DNA of 64,000 nucleotides. Origin: Verrucomicrobiota bacterium. GTDB lineage: Bacteria > Verrucomicrobiota > Lentisphaeria > Lentisphaerales > Lentisphaeraceae. Below are positions 9,202-20,013 of the stretch, piece after piece; position 1 is the stretch's first letter; each line of letters opens with the position of its first letter. The position numbers were made by a program, and so were the translations under genes. The stretch covers positions 1-64,000 of the forward strand of contig JBDKFG010000007.1 of the NCBI GenBank assembly GCA_039798785.1. The letters run 5' to 3'. The notes under the pieces were generated by a model that was not told the DNA's origin, did no database searches, and saw only the letters and a program-made list of their open reading frames with translations.

Positions 9202-10548
9202 ATGAATCGCTTGATGATTCTCCTGCTCGCTTTCGCCCTCGCTCTTCCTGGTGCTGAAAGCTCGGAGAAGAAACCTAACGTCATCGTCATCCTCGCCGAC
9301 GACCTCGGCTACGGCGATGTCGGTGCCTTCGGCTGCAAGGACATCCCCACCCCCGCGATCGATTCGCTCGCCAAGGAGGGCATGGCCTTCCGCCAGAACT
9401 ACGCCTACTGCGTCTGCTCGCCGACCCGCGCCGCCCTCGCCACCGGGCGCTACGCCGAGCGCAGCGGCATCAACACCGTCCTCATGGGCCACAGCTTCCC
9501 GGCCTTCGGCAAGGCCCACACCCTCGCCGAATCCCTCAAGGACGCCGGCTACCACACTGGCCTGGTCGGCAAGTGGCACCTCGGCTACAACGGCGATGTC
9601 CTGCCCACCCGCATGGGATTCGACGAGTTCTTCGGGCACCTCGGCGGCAAGATCGACTACTACAAGCACACCGACGAGACCCAGAAGGGCAAACACGACC
9701 TCTGGGAGGGAGAGAAGGAAGTCTTCAAGGAGGGCTATTCCACCGATCTCTTCGCCGAGCGCGCCCTCAAGTTCATCGACGACAACGCCAAGCGTCCCTT
9801 CTTCCTCCAGGTCGCCTTCAACGCCCCGCACTACTCGGTCCACAAAGGCGACTTCCAAGCGCCCGAAGCCTGGCTGAAGAAGTTCGAGAAGCTCGGTCTC
9901 GGCAAAGGCAAACGCGGCTCCTACGCCGCCATGGTCGCCTGCATGGACGCCGGCATCGGCCAGATCCTCAAGAAGCTGGAAGAGCATAAGCTCGACAAGA
10001 ACACCATCGTCATCTTCGCCAGCGACAACGGCGGCGAGGCCTGCGCCTCCAACGGTCCGCTCTCCGGCGGCAAGCATTCCGAGAAGGAAGGCGGCATCCG
10101 CGTTCCTCTCATCGTCCGCTGGCCGGCCCGCGTCAAGAGAGGCGGCGAATGCGAAGACCCGACCCACGTCTTCGACATCATGCCCACCCTTCTCGAGGTC
10201 GCCAAGGCCAAGGCCGACGCTGCCCAGCCTCTTGACGGCCGCAGCCTCCTTCCCCTGCTCGACGGCAAGGTGAAATCCCTGCCCGAACGCGCCCTCTGCT
10301 TCCCCAAGGCCACCATCCGCATCGGTCCGTGGAAGCTGGACGACGGCAAGCTCTACAACCTGGAGAAGGATCTCGCCGAGAAGAACGACCTCGCGTCGCA
10401 GGAGCCCGAGATCTTCGCCAAGCTCGAAGCCGAGTTGAAGAAATGGCAGGAGTCCGTCGGCCGCGGCGGCAAGAACAAGGAAGGCAAGAAGAAAGGCAAG
10501 GGCAAGGACGGCAAGGCCGAAGGCGCGCAAAATCCAGGAGCCGCCTGA
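9202..10548 (+). CDS. Sulfatase (S1, Cys-type)
   Basis: Signal peptide, ILADDLGYGD, CSPTRAAL, GKWHLG, SDNG. Confidence 0.95.
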   Translation: MNRLMILLLAFALALPGAESSEKKPNVIVILADDLGYGDVGAFGCKDIPTPAIDSLAKEGMAFRQNYAYCVCSPTRAALATGRYAERSGINTVLMGHSFPAFGKAHTLAESLKDAGYHTGLVGKWHLGYNGDVLPTRMGFDEFFGHLGGKIDYYKHTDETQKGKHDLWEGEKEVFKEGYSTDLFAERALKFIDDNAKRPFFLQVAFNAPHYSVHKGDFQAPEAWLKKFEKLGLGKGKRGSYAAMVACMDAGIGQILKKLEEHKLDKNTIVIFASDNGGEACASNGPLSGGKHSEKEGGIRVPLIVRWPARVKRGGECEDPTHVFDIMPTLLEVAKAKADAAQPLDGRSLLPLLDGKVKSLPERALCFPKATIRIGPWKLDDGKLYNLEKDLAEKNDLASQEPEIFAKLEAELKKWQESVGRGGKNKEGKKKGKGKDGKAEGAQNPGAA

Positions 10549-11366
10549 TGAAACGCCTCTTCATCCTCGCGCTCTGCGCCTTCACCGGTCTCGTCGGCCA
10601 AGCCGAACCCGCCAAGGAGGAGACCACCCTGGTCTTCATCTGCGCCGGCCAGTCGAACATGGACGGCCGGGCTCCGGCCGCCGCGCTCAAGGGCCCCCTT
10701 GCGGCCTTCGCCAAACCGCAGGCGGATGTGCTCATCCGCTTCTCCTCCGGCGGACTCAAGCGCACCCTGCGCGAGGACAAGGAGCTTAAGCCGCTGGCTC
10801 CGGGCTGCAGCGACAACGACAAGAAGTTCGGCCCCGAGCTCGGCTTCGGCCGGAGGATCGCCGAGAAGTTCAAGGGCCGCAAGATCGTCCTGGTCAAGGT
10901 CGCGGAGGGCGGCACCAATCTCCACACCCAGTGGAATTCCAAGACCCAAAATGGCCTCTACTCGCGTCTGCTGACCAATGTCCGCGACACCGAGGCGCAG
11001 ATCGCCAAAAGCGGTGCCAAATCCGAACTCGCCGGCATGATCTGGATGCAGGGTGAGTCGGACTCCGGCAAGACCGAGGGCGCCTATGAGAAGAACCTTG
11101 CCGACTTCATCGCTTCGGTCCGCAAGGACCTGAAGTCGGAAAAGCTGCCCTTCGTCATCGGAGAAGTCTGTTCGGCCAATCCCGAGTACTCCGTCATCCG
11201 CGCCGCGCAGAAGGCGGTCGCCGCCAAGGTGCCTGTCTGCGCCCTGGCCTCCAGCGAAGGCCTCAAGACCATCGACAAGCACGTCCATTTCGATGCCGCC
11301 GGCCAGATCGAGCTCGGCAAGCGCTTCGCCGAGGAAATCAGCAAGCTCAGAAACGAGAAGAGATAA
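10548..11366 (+). CDS. SASA/CE6-like carbohydrate acetylesterase
   Basis: Signal peptide, AGQSNMDG, FGPELGF, WMQGESD, DxxHFD; TGATG coupling to the sulfatase. Confidence 0.9.
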   Translation: MKRLFILALCAFTGLVGQAEPAKEETTLVFICAGQSNMDGRAPAAALKGPLAAFAKPQADVLIRFSSGGLKRTLREDKELKPLAPGCSDNDKKFGPELGFGRRIAEKFKGRKIVLVKVAEGGTNLHTQWNSKTQNGLYSRLLTNVRDTEAQIAKSGAKSELAGMIWMQGESDSGKTEGAYEKNLADFIASVRKDLKSEKLPFVIGEVCSANPEYSVIRAAQKAVAAKVPVCALASSEGLKTIDKHVHFDAAGQIELGKRFAEEISKLRNEKR

Positions 11367-11379
11367 ACCAGGAGCCTCC

Positions 11380-12786
11380 ATGCTAGCCACCGCCTTGCTC
11401 AGCCTCTTCACTCTCGTCGCCGAGCCGCCTCCCGCGACGCCAGTGCCGCAGCCGCGTCCGCCCAACATCGTCTTCATCCTTTCCGACGACGCCGGCTATG
11501 CCGACTTCGGCTTCCAGGACGTCCTCTCCGAGGAAGTGAAAAAGCAAAGCCTCACGCCGGCCCTGGACAAGCTCGCTTCGCAGGGCGCCGTCTTCACCCA
11601 GGCCTATGTTTCCGGAGTGGTCTGCTCGCCCTCGCGCGCCGGCCTCCTCACCGGCCGCTATCAGCAGCGTTTCGGCCACGACAACAACATGCGCCCCGGC
11701 GGCGGCCTGCCGGTGACGGAAACCCTGATGCCGCAGCACCTGGCGAAATCCGGCTACGCCACCGAATGCCTGGGGAAATGGCACCTCGGCGAAGAGCCGC
11801 AGTTCCATCCCAAGGCCCGCGGTTTCGGCCATTTCTTCGGCCTCCTCAGCGGTTCCCGCAGCTACCTGCCGGAAAGCAAGATCGGCGACAGCCGCGTCTT
11901 CCTCGATGACTACAAACCGTGCATCGAGGAGGGCTATGTCACCGACCGCATCGGCCAGGCAGCTTGCGCCAGCATCCGCAAACACGCCAAGGCCGGCCAG
12001 CCCTTCTTCCAGTACATCGCCTTCACCGCTCCCCACGCCCCCAACCAGCCGCGACCCGAGGATAAAGCTTGGCTCCAACAACGCGGCCTCAAAGGCGGCC
12101 GCGGCAACTACTTCGGCCTGCTCAAGGCCCTGGATGAAAATGTCGCCGCCATCATCAAGACCCTGGAGGAGGAAGGCGCCGCCGACAATACCCTGATCGT
12201 TTTCAGCAATGACAACGGCGGCCAGACCGCCACCGGCGCCAACAACGGCATCCTCCGCGGCCACAAGGGCGAGATGTGGGAAGGCGGCTCGCGCGTCCCC
12301 TTCGTCGTCACCTGGCCCGCCCGCATCAAGCCCGGCCAGCGCCTCGCCACGCCGGTGATCACCCTCGACCTGCTGCCCACCTTCCTCGCCGCCGCCGGCG
12401 CCAAGAGCGGGGATCTGCCCAAGAATCTCGACGGCATCGACCTGCTGCCGTTCCTCACCGGCAAGACGAGCAAGCTGCCCGAACGGCCCTTCTTCTGGCG
12501 CTTCGGCGGCAGCACCGCCAACACCGCCATGCGCCACGGCGACTTGAAGCTGGTGTGGAACCGCGGCGACAAGGACGCCCCCGCCCTCTTCGACCTCAAG
12601 GCCGACCCCGGCGAGAAGACGGATCTCTCCAAGCAGCGCCCCGACGATCTCGCCCGCCTCATGTCCGAGCTCAAGGCCTGGGAGGTGCAGATGATCGAGC
12701 CGCTGTGGGGCCCCGGCAGCAAGGGCCAGCCGGTCAAGGACAAGTCGCCCAAACACGGCGGCGACGAGGATCACGGCGACAACTGA
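11380..12786 (+). CDS. Sulfatase (S1, Cys-type)
   Basis: SDDAGYAD, CSPSRAGLLTGRY, GKWHLG, NDNG; AGGAG RBS before ATG 11380. Confidence 0.95.
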   Translation: MLATALLSLFTLVAEPPPATPVPQPRPPNIVFILSDDAGYADFGFQDVLSEEVKKQSLTPALDKLASQGAVFTQAYVSGVVCSPSRAGLLTGRYQQRFGHDNNMRPGGGLPVTETLMPQHLAKSGYATECLGKWHLGEEPQFHPKARGFGHFFGLLSGSRSYLPESKIGDSRVFLDDYKPCIEEGYVTDRIGQAACASIRKHAKAGQPFFQYIAFTAPHAPNQPRPEDKAWLQQRGLKGGRGNYFGLLKALDENVAAIIKTLEEEGAADNTLIVFSNDNGGQTATGANNGILRGHKGEMWEGGSRVPFVVTWPARIKPGQRLATPVITLDLLPTFLAAAGAKSGDLPKNLDGIDLLPFLTGKTSKLPERPFFWRFGGSTANTAMRHGDLKLVWNRGDKDAPALFDLKADPGEKTDLSKQRPDDLARLMSELKAWEVQMIEPLWGPGSKGQPVKDKSPKHGGDEDHGDN

Positions 12787-12944
12787 ACGTCGTCCTTAGT
12801 CCCTATCCTGCCGCAGTACTGCAAGGAAAAACCAGAAAACCCAGGCTGGAACGACCCTGTTTGCGGTTGCCCAGTTGTGTCCCAGTTAGATCACGGACCT
12901 AGTCCGCGATAGGCAACTCATCCAGTTCCGAAAAGGCCCATCCG

Positions 12945-15900
12945 ATGAACCCGTCACGTCGCCAGCATCCAAAAAAATCCGCACCATCCATCTCCACCCG
13001 GCACTGGCTCCTGCTCCTTTGCCTGATCGCCATCTGCGGCGTCCTGCTATTCCTGCTCCTCGCGGACAAAGGCTCCGGCAGTCAAAACGCAACGACTGAC
13101 CTCGCCCAGGAGCCAAGCCTCCCGACTCCCGCAGCTTCTCCCCAGGCTGCGATAAAAGCCTCCCCCAAAGAGCCTCCCCTTCAGGCCCCATCGCCGGTTT
13201 TCGACCTCGCTTCCTGGCAGAAAAGCTTCGGACGTCGCTGGGACTTGAAGGATTGGAAGAAGGACAATCCCTCGACTTACGCAAGCTGGTTCGGAAAGGG
13301 AGATGACGCGGTCGCCGAGAAATGGTTCGTCAATCTCGGGCCTCTCGGCCTGAGCACCCGCATGCATGACCGCAGCTGGCAGGGCTTCCCCGGCTTCGGC
13401 TCCCGCTTCCCCCGGGCACTTTGCGACGGCGACAGCCTGATCTACAACTGCTACCAGGTCGAAGCCGTGAAGGCATCGTCGCCGGCGAGCGGCATGCTGC
13501 AGAAAGGCGACCTCATCCTCGGCTTCGACGGCCAGTTCCTCGAATGCGCCCACGACACCTACGTCGGAGAAGACTATCCCACCCGCGATGTCCGCGGACT
13601 CGACATCCACGCCGGCCTCCTCCTCGACGCCGCCGAAGGTCGCGGCTCGACCACCGCGATGATCCTGCGTCTGCCTCCCCATCCCTCCCCCGCCCTCCTC
13701 GACGCCTGCAAGGGCTGCCGCAGCTTCAGCACCCTGAAGATGACGGCCGGCCGGGACCTCCCCCTCCCGCCCGGGACGGACCAGCTTATGCTCGGCAAGG
13801 GGAAGGCCGAGGACTATCTCCTGGTGAGCCCGACGGGCGCGACGCATCAGCTCGGCGGATTCGTCGGCAAGACGCGCATCGCCGGCGGAGCTTGTGAAGT
13901 CCCGCCCGGCGAATGGTCCTTGAAATGCTCCGGCTCGAAACCGGTTTCCGAAGTGCAAGTCTCGATCCGCCCTGCTCTACCCGCCGTCCTCAAGCCCTAC
14001 TACCGCGAAGTGACCATCCCGCTGCCTTGCATCGGCAGCTTCGGCCAGCCCGCCGATCTTCATGGCGCCAAGATGAAGAACATGGCACAAGTGATGGCCG
14101 CCCGCCTCGCCGTGCAGCAGTCGCCCGACGGCTGCTGGCAGGCCTCGAGCTACGCCGGCAACGTCTTCCCGACCAGCATCGCCGGCCTCGCTCTGCTCTC
14201 CGCCGGAGATCCCCTCTACGACGCCCAGATCCGCAAGGCCGCCTACTTCTGCGCCTACGGCACCCCCGCTCCCGGCTGGTCCTATGCCCAGGGCTGCCGC
14301 CTCCTCTTCCTCGCCGAATACTACCTGCGCAGCCGCGACCCCGGCATCCTCCTCGGCCTGAAGACGGTCGCCGCCGAAACCCGCCGCTACGTCCTCGCCG
14401 ACTTCACCTCGGGCCACGGACTCGGCGGCGTCGGCTACGGCGGCAGCGGCTACATCGGCGGCGGCGGCATGATCGCCCTCGGCTTCGCCGCCGCCAGCCT
14501 CACCCCCGCCCTCGATGCCGCCGACAAGTCCCTGCTCGACGCCATGCTGATGCGCATCCAGGAGCTCGCTCCCGCCGGCAAGGTCCCCTACGGCCGCGGC
14601 GGCAGCAACGAATCCACCGAAGACGATGGCCACGCGGCCTCCTGCGCCACCGGCCCCTACTTCCTCGCCTCCCTGATCCGCGGCGGATCAGCCAACTTCG
14701 TCAAGGCAGCGCGCCATCGCTACAGCCAAGGCCATTACGGCGACGTCGACGCCGGCCACGCCAGCATGACCCTGCACTTCACCATGGGCATGCTCGCCGT
14801 CGCCGCCTGCGGCGAGGACTGCTACCGCCGCGCCGTCTCCACCAAGGCCTGGTACCTCACCCTGATGCGCGACGCCGACGGCTCCGCCAACTCGAACAAT
14901 TACCGCATCGAATTCCACGGCGGCGATGGCGTCCTCGGCTCCCCCTACTGGCGCACCGCCGGCATGATCCTCTGCCTCAACGCCCTCAAGCACAACCTGG
15001 CGATCACCGGCATGCCGGAAGCCCGCCGCCAGTCGCCGCAGGACGGCCCACAGCTCTTCCATCAGGATGCCGCGCTGCGCCGCGTCCTGCTCGGCAACTG
15101 GGACCTGGTCGAGGTCACCCTCGGCAGCGCCGCAGGCCCGGCATTCCGCCAGGCCAGGAAGGATCTGGCAGCCATCAGTCCGGAGCGTGACTTCTCGAGG
15201 AAGTTCCACGCCTTCATCAGCACCGGATCCGGCCACGCCGCCCTCGCCGAGATCCTCCGTCAGCCGCAGGTCTCGCAAGAGGTCGCTCAAGGCCAGCTCG
15301 CTGAGCTGATGCTCGGCCTCGCCATCGAGGCCGATTGCCTGCCCGATGTCGAACCCGACGAGGAGGAAGAAGGCGCCGGCGGCAAGCAGGTCGCGGCGGC
15401 GGACTCCAAGGCCCAGGCGAAAGCCCGCAAGAAACAGCACAAGGAGCTCAAGAAGCAGCTGGAAGCCGGGGCCGTCGTCGATCTCGAATATGTACTCCAT
15501 CTGGGCATCGGCGGCTTCCGCTCCATCAGCTCCCGCTTCGCGGAGGCCAGCCCGCTTCCTCTGGAGGATTTCAAGGCCGGCATCCGCTGCGGCGGCGCCT
15601 GCCCGATCAAGGAGAGCCTGATCTGGCAGCCCCGCTACCAGCCAGCTTCCAGGAAGGAGGACGGCGGCTACGGCGAATTCTCACGCAGCTTCCCGATGCG
15701 CAGCGACGGCATTCCCGTGTTCGAGATCGACATCTCCTACCGAGCTCTTGGTCTGCCCATCTCCTACCGCGCCAAGCTCACCGGTCCCAGCCCCATCGCC
15801 CGCGGCCACAACCCCGCCCTCGTCCGCGTTCCCGTCAAGGCTCAGGTGCTGGAGGACTACGCAGGCCAGTACACCCTGCTCCTGCGCCTCGCCAACGGCA

Positions 15901-16412
15901 ATCTTCTCCCGTGCGAAAACCATGCCAAGGTGCAGCCGCCCGACTTCCTCCCCGCCGGCAACAGCGTCACCGCCTGGATCTCCCCCGAGACGCTCTGGGG
16001 CCACGACCTGCGCCAGGTCGCCATGGGCAGCTTCGCCTCGCCACGAGAGCTTCCCTGCCAGACGAGCGGCGGTGCTTGCGTCCTCGGCGACCACAAGCTG
16101 GAGAGCTCCGTGAAAGTGGGCCCGGGCGAGTCCACGGTGGAACTCGTCCTCGGCCAGCCGGGCGAAACGGGACTCGTCTGGGTGGCTTGGAAGGACAAGG
16201 ATGTGAAGCGCGCCTTCCAGGTGGAACTCAAGCTGGCCGATGGGACTTGGCAGCGGAGCGCCTGCAGCGAGCGCCCGGGCCTGATCTCTCTCCCGCACCA
16301 CAAATGCACTGCGATGCGCCTCGTCTTCGCCCCGGGCAAGGCGCTCGATCTCGCCGAATGCCGCCTCTACTCGCCGCCCAGGATCGAAGTCCAACGCCGG
16401 CTCCAACCTTAA
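12945..16412 (+). CDS. Large N-terminally anchored protein with PDZ-like and DUF6288-like alpha-toroid domains
   Basis: TM helix; VNLGPLG; SPASGMLQKGDLILG (PDZ-like); LFLAEYYLRSRD; WYLTLMRDADG. Confidence 0.65.
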   Translation: MNPSRRQHPKKSAPSISTRHWLLLLCLIAICGVLLFLLLADKGSGSQNATTDLAQEPSLPTPAASPQAAIKASPKEPPLQAPSPVFDLASWQKSFGRRWDLKDWKKDNPSTYASWFGKGDDAVAEKWFVNLGPLGLSTRMHDRSWQGFPGFGSRFPRALCDGDSLIYNCYQVEAVKASSPASGMLQKGDLILGFDGQFLECAHDTYVGEDYPTRDVRGLDIHAGLLLDAAEGRGSTTAMILRLPPHPSPALLDACKGCRSFSTLKMTAGRDLPLPPGTDQLMLGKGKAEDYLLVSPTGATHQLGGFVGKTRIAGGACEVPPGEWSLKCSGSKPVSEVQVSIRPALPAVLKPYYREVTIPLPCIGSFGQPADLHGAKMKNMAQVMAARLAVQQSPDGCWQASSYAGNVFPTSIAGLALLSAGDPLYDAQIRKAAYFCAYGTPAPGWSYAQGCRLLFLAEYYLRSRDPGILLGLKTVAAETRRYVLADFTSGHGLGGVGYGGSGYIGGGGMIALGFAAASLTPALDAADKSLLDAMLMRIQELAPAGKVPYGRGGSNESTEDDGHAASCATGPYFLASLIRGGSANFVKAARHRYSQGHYGDVDAGHASMTLHFTMGMLAVAACGEDCYRRAVSTKAWYLTLMRDADGSANSNNYRIEFHGGDGVLGSPYWRTAGMILCLNALKHNLAITGMPEARRQSPQDGPQLFHQDAALRRVLLGNWDLVEVTLGSAAGPAFRQARKDLAAISPERDFSRKFHAFISTGSGHAALAEILRQPQVSQEVAQGQLAELMLGLAIEADCLPDVEPDEEEEGAGGKQVAAADSKAQAKARKKQHKELKKQLEAGAVVDLEYVLHLGIGGFRSISSRFAEASPLPLEDFKAGIRCGGACPIKESLIWQPRYQPASRKEDGGYGEFSRSFPMRSDGIPVFEIDISYRALGLPISYRAKLTGPSPIARGHNPALVRVPVKAQVLEDYAGQYTLLLRLANGNLLPCENHAKVQPPDFLPAGNSVTAWISPETLWGHDLRQVAMGSFASPRELPCQTSGGACVLGDHKLESSVKVGPGESTVELVLGQPGETGLVWVAWKDKDVKRAFQVELKLADGTWQRSACSERPGLISLPHHKCTAMRLVFAPGKALDLAECRLYSPPRIEVQRRLQP

Positions 16413-16430
16413 ACCCTGCCTGAGGCCCAG

Positions 16431-17831
16431 ATGAAATCCCTCCTCATCTCCTGCCTGATATCGCTTTCCATGTGCCCCTTCGCCCTCGCCGGAACCGAGT
16501 CGGAATCTGCCGCCAGCGTCCAGGCCGCCTCCAAGCCCGGCGCGAAATGGCGGCCGCAGCCCACCCGCGTCCTCGCCCATCTGCCGCCGCTTCCCGAGAA
16601 TCCGCCCCTCGGCCGCTTCGGCGGTCTCGCCGGCGACAAGCTCCAGGCGACTGGATTCTTCCGCACCGCGAAAATCAAGGACCGCTGGTGGCTGGTCGAT
16701 CCCGAAGGCGGCCGCTTCTACAACATCGGCATCGCCACCGTCCATCCCTACGTCTCCGAAGCCACCCAGCCGATCTTCGACCGCAAATTCGGCAGCAGCG
16801 AAGCCTGGGCCGTCGCCGCCAGCAGCCAGCTCCGCGAGCTCGGCTTCAACGGCCTCGGCGCCTGGTCCTCCCTCAAGCCGCTCAATGGCGTCAAATCCCG
16901 CGTCCCCTACACCAAGCTGCTCGGCTTCATGATCGACTACGCCAAGTCGCGCGGCGCCCAGTACACCCGGCCCGGCATGGAGCTGACCCTCCAGGACTGC
17001 TTCTTCGTCTTCGACCCCGGCTTCGAAAAGTTTTGCGAGGAGCGCGCCAAGACCCTGGCCGAGCTCAAGGACGATCCCTGGCTGATCGGCTACTTCTCCG
17101 ACAACGAACTGCCCTTCTTCCGCCTGCCCTACTTCCGCGACCTGCTCGACAAGTGCCTCGCCCTGCCTCCTGAAGATGCCACCGGCAAGGCGGCGCGTCA
17201 GTGGTTCAGCGCCCGCAAGCAGGCGGCGCCGCGCGACGAAGACCGGATGGCCTTCCTCGGCGCCGCCGCCGATCGCTATTACTCCGTCACCACCCGCGCC
17301 ATCCGCAAATACGATCCGAACCACCTCTGCCTCGGTTCGCGCTTCTGGGCCACCGACCTCGACCGCCCCGAGCTGTGGACCGCCGCCGGCAAGTATCTCG
17401 ATGTCGTCTCGGTCAACTACTACCATGCCTGGACGCCGCAGCCCGAGCGCCTCGAGATGTGGCAGAAGAGCTCCGGCAAGCCCTTCCTGGTCAGCGAATT
17501 CTACGCCAAGGGAGAGGATTCCGGCCTGCCCAACACCCAGGGTGCCGGCTGGCTCGTCCGCACCCAGCGCGACCGCGGCCTCTTCTACCAGAACTTCACC
17601 CTCGGCCTCTTGGAATGCCCCGGCTGCGTCGGCTGGCACTGGTTCCGCTACATGGACAACGACCCAGCCAAGCCCGGCAGAAACCTCGCCGATCACGACT
17701 CCAACAAAGGCATCGTCAGCATCCGCTACGAGGCCTACGAGCCCCTGACCGAGATGATGCGCCAGATCAACCGCCGCGTTCACCCCCTCGCCGCCCGCTT
17801 CGACGAAGAGCGGCAGGCGCGGAAGCCCTGA
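16431..17831 (+). CDS. Clan GH-A glycoside hydrolase, agarase-like (GH50-related)
   Basis: Signal peptide, WWLVDPEG, GFNGLGAWS, DPWLIGYFSDNE, VSEFY, VGWHWFRY. Confidence 0.8.
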   Translation: MKSLLISCLISLSMCPFALAGTESESAASVQAASKPGAKWRPQPTRVLAHLPPLPENPPLGRFGGLAGDKLQATGFFRTAKIKDRWWLVDPEGGRFYNIGIATVHPYVSEATQPIFDRKFGSSEAWAVAASSQLRELGFNGLGAWSSLKPLNGVKSRVPYTKLLGFMIDYAKSRGAQYTRPGMELTLQDCFFVFDPGFEKFCEERAKTLAELKDDPWLIGYFSDNELPFFRLPYFRDLLDKCLALPPEDATGKAARQWFSARKQAAPRDEDRMAFLGAAADRYYSVTTRAIRKYDPNHLCLGSRFWATDLDRPELWTAAGKYLDVVSVNYYHAWTPQPERLEMWQKSSGKPFLVSEFYAKGEDSGLPNTQGAGWLVRTQRDRGLFYQNFTLGLLECPGCVGWHWFRYMDNDPAKPGRNLADHDSNKGIVSIRYEAYEPLTEMMRQINRRVHPLAARFDEERQARKP

Positions 17832-18057
17832 CAAAATCGATTCTCCCGGGAAGCTCGTGGGATTTTCGTGCAGCCCTGCTGGGAGTGCCGGAAATAACCG
17901 GCCCGCATCGGTCCTGCCGCATTCTGCCGGCGCGGGGTTCTTCCCCTCGGCCTCGCGGAGCAAGGGCCCCATCTCCTCCTCAGCCCGTTAGGTTTCGTCG
18001 CCTGCTCCGTATCATCGGTGTCTAGCCAGACAGCGAGACTCCACCAGGAGAGCCCCC

Positions 18058-18810
18058 ATGACTTCCCAAGAGCCCCCCGCATTCTTCATCGTCGGCGCCT
18101 CCAGCGGCATCGGAGCGGAGCTGGCGCGGCAATGCGCCGCGAAAGGCTTCCGGCTCGTCCTTTCCGGCCGCGACCAGGAGCGCCTCGACGCCGTCGGCCG
18201 CGAAACCGGCGCCGCCACCCTGAGCCTGGAGGCGCGCGACAGCGCCGCCGTCGACGCCGCCTTCGACCAGGCCCTGGCCCGTCTCGGCCGCCTCGACGGC
18301 GTGGTCAACTGCGCCGGCTCGATCCTCCTCAAGCCCGCCCATGCCCTCAGCGACGCCGATTTCGCCGACACCCTCGCCCTCAACCTCGTCACCGCCTTCA
18401 ACGTCCTGCGCGCCGCGGCGCGGGTGATGCTGCGACAGCCGGAGGGCGGCAGCATCGTCCTCTGCTCCTCGGCGGCGGCGCGGCGGGGCCTGATCCATCA
18501 CGAGGCGATCGCCGCCGCCAAGGCCGGCGTCGAAGGCCTGGCCCTGGCCGCCGCCGCCAGCTACGCCCGCTCCAAGATCCGCGTCAACTGCGTCGCCCCC
18601 GGCCTGACCCGCACGCCCCTCGCCCGCAAGCTCACCGAACTGCCGGCGGCCGAACGCGCCTCGGCCGCACTCCACCCCCTCGGACGCATCGGCGAGGCCG
18701 GGGAAGTCGCCGCCGCCATCGCCTGGCTGCTCGATCCCGGCCAGGCCTGGATCACCGGCCAGGTCCTCGGAGTCGACGGCGGTCTCGCCAGCATCCAGGC
18801 CAGACCGTGA
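18058..18810 (+). CDS. Short-chain dehydrogenase/reductase (classical SDR fold)
   Basis: VGASSGIG, VNCAG, RVNCVAPG, ITGQVLGVDGG; YxxxK position reads IAAAK. Confidence 0.88.
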   Translation: MTSQEPPAFFIVGASSGIGAELARQCAAKGFRLVLSGRDQERLDAVGRETGAATLSLEARDSAAVDAAFDQALARLGRLDGVVNCAGSILLKPAHALSDADFADTLALNLVTAFNVLRAAARVMLRQPEGGSIVLCSSAAARRGLIHHEAIAAAKAGVEGLALAAAASYARSKIRVNCVAPGLTRTPLARKLTELPAAERASAALHPLGRIGEAGEVAAAIAWLLDPGQAWITGQVLGVDGGLASIQARP

Positions 18811-20013
18811 ACGCCCCGCCCGCCGACGGCGCGCCCGCGGCCCAGGCCGGACGCATCCTCATCATCGGCGCCACCGGCTACATCGGCGGACGCCTTCTCC
18901 CCCTCCTCGCCGCTGCCGGCCGGCCCCTCCGCTGCCTCTGCCGCCAGCCGCAACGCCTCGCCGTCCGCGTCCCGCCGGCAGTGGAAGTGCTCGCCGGCGA
19001 CGTCCTCGACGCCGCTTCGCTGGATGCCGCGATGGCCGGGGTCGACACCGTCTTCTACCTGGTCCACTCGATGGCCGCCGGCGGCGATTTCGAAAGTCTC
19101 GACCGCCGCGCCGCCGAGGCCACCGCCGCCGCCGCCGCCCGCGCCGGGGTGCGACGCATCGTCTATCTCGGCGGCCTCGGCAGCGACGGCGAATCCCTCT
19201 CGCCCCACCTCCGCAGCCGCCACGAGGTGGGCGCCCGGCTCGCCGCCTCCGGCGTCGGGGTCGTCGAGCTGCGGGCCTCGATCATCATCGGCTCGGGCAG
19301 CCTGTCCTTCGAGATGATCCGCGCCCTGGTGGAGAAGCTGCCCCTGATGATCACGCCGCGCTGGGTGCGGGTGCTGGCGCAGCCGATCGCCGTCGGCGAC
19401 GTCCTCGCCTGCCTCCAGGCCGCGCTGAAGCTGCCCGCCGGGGAGCCCCACCTGATCCTCGAGATCGGCGGCTCCGAAGCCATCTCCTACGGCCAGCTGA
19501 TGCTCGAATACGCCCGTCAACGCGGACTCCGCCGCTGGATGATCCCGGTGCCCTGGCTCAGCCCCCGCCTCTCCAGCCTCTGGCTCGGCCTCGTCACGCC
19601 GCTCTACGCCCGCATCGGACGCAAGCTGGTCGACAGCCTCCGCCACCCCACCGTGGTCACCCGGGACAGCACCCGCCTGCTGCTGCAGCATCCGCCGCTG
19701 ACGGTGCGCGAGGCGATCGCCGTGGCCCTGCGCCACGAAGACGCCGACTTCGCCCGCACCCGCTGGTCGGACGCGCTGTCCTCATCCGGCCTGCCGCCGC
19801 CCCGCGGCGGCCGACGCTTCGGCAATCGCCTGATCGACAGCCGCAGCCGCCGCGTCGCCGCCAGTGCCGCCAGCACCTTCGCCTGCATCGAGGCGATCGG
19901 CGGCGACACCGGCTGGTACTACGCCGACGGCCTGTGGACCCTGCGCGGCTGGCTCGACCTCCTCTGCGGCGGCGTCGGCATGCGCCGCGGCCGTCGCGAT
20001 CCCCGCAATCTCC
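18807..20013 (+). pseudogene. NAD(P)-binding + DUF2867 (YbjT-like) protein, C-terminally truncated at a junction
   Basis: IIGATGYIGG, YLVHSM, IGGDTGWYYADGLWTLRGWLD, RRGRRDP; the frame then runs antisense through motA to 20966. Confidence 0.75.

Noticed and set aside
9037..17972. Long antisense and alternate-frame ORFs (e.g. 9037-10530, 11383-12774, 15681-17972 on -)
   Set aside because: Shadow ORFs expected opposite real genes in high-GC DNA; no family motifs
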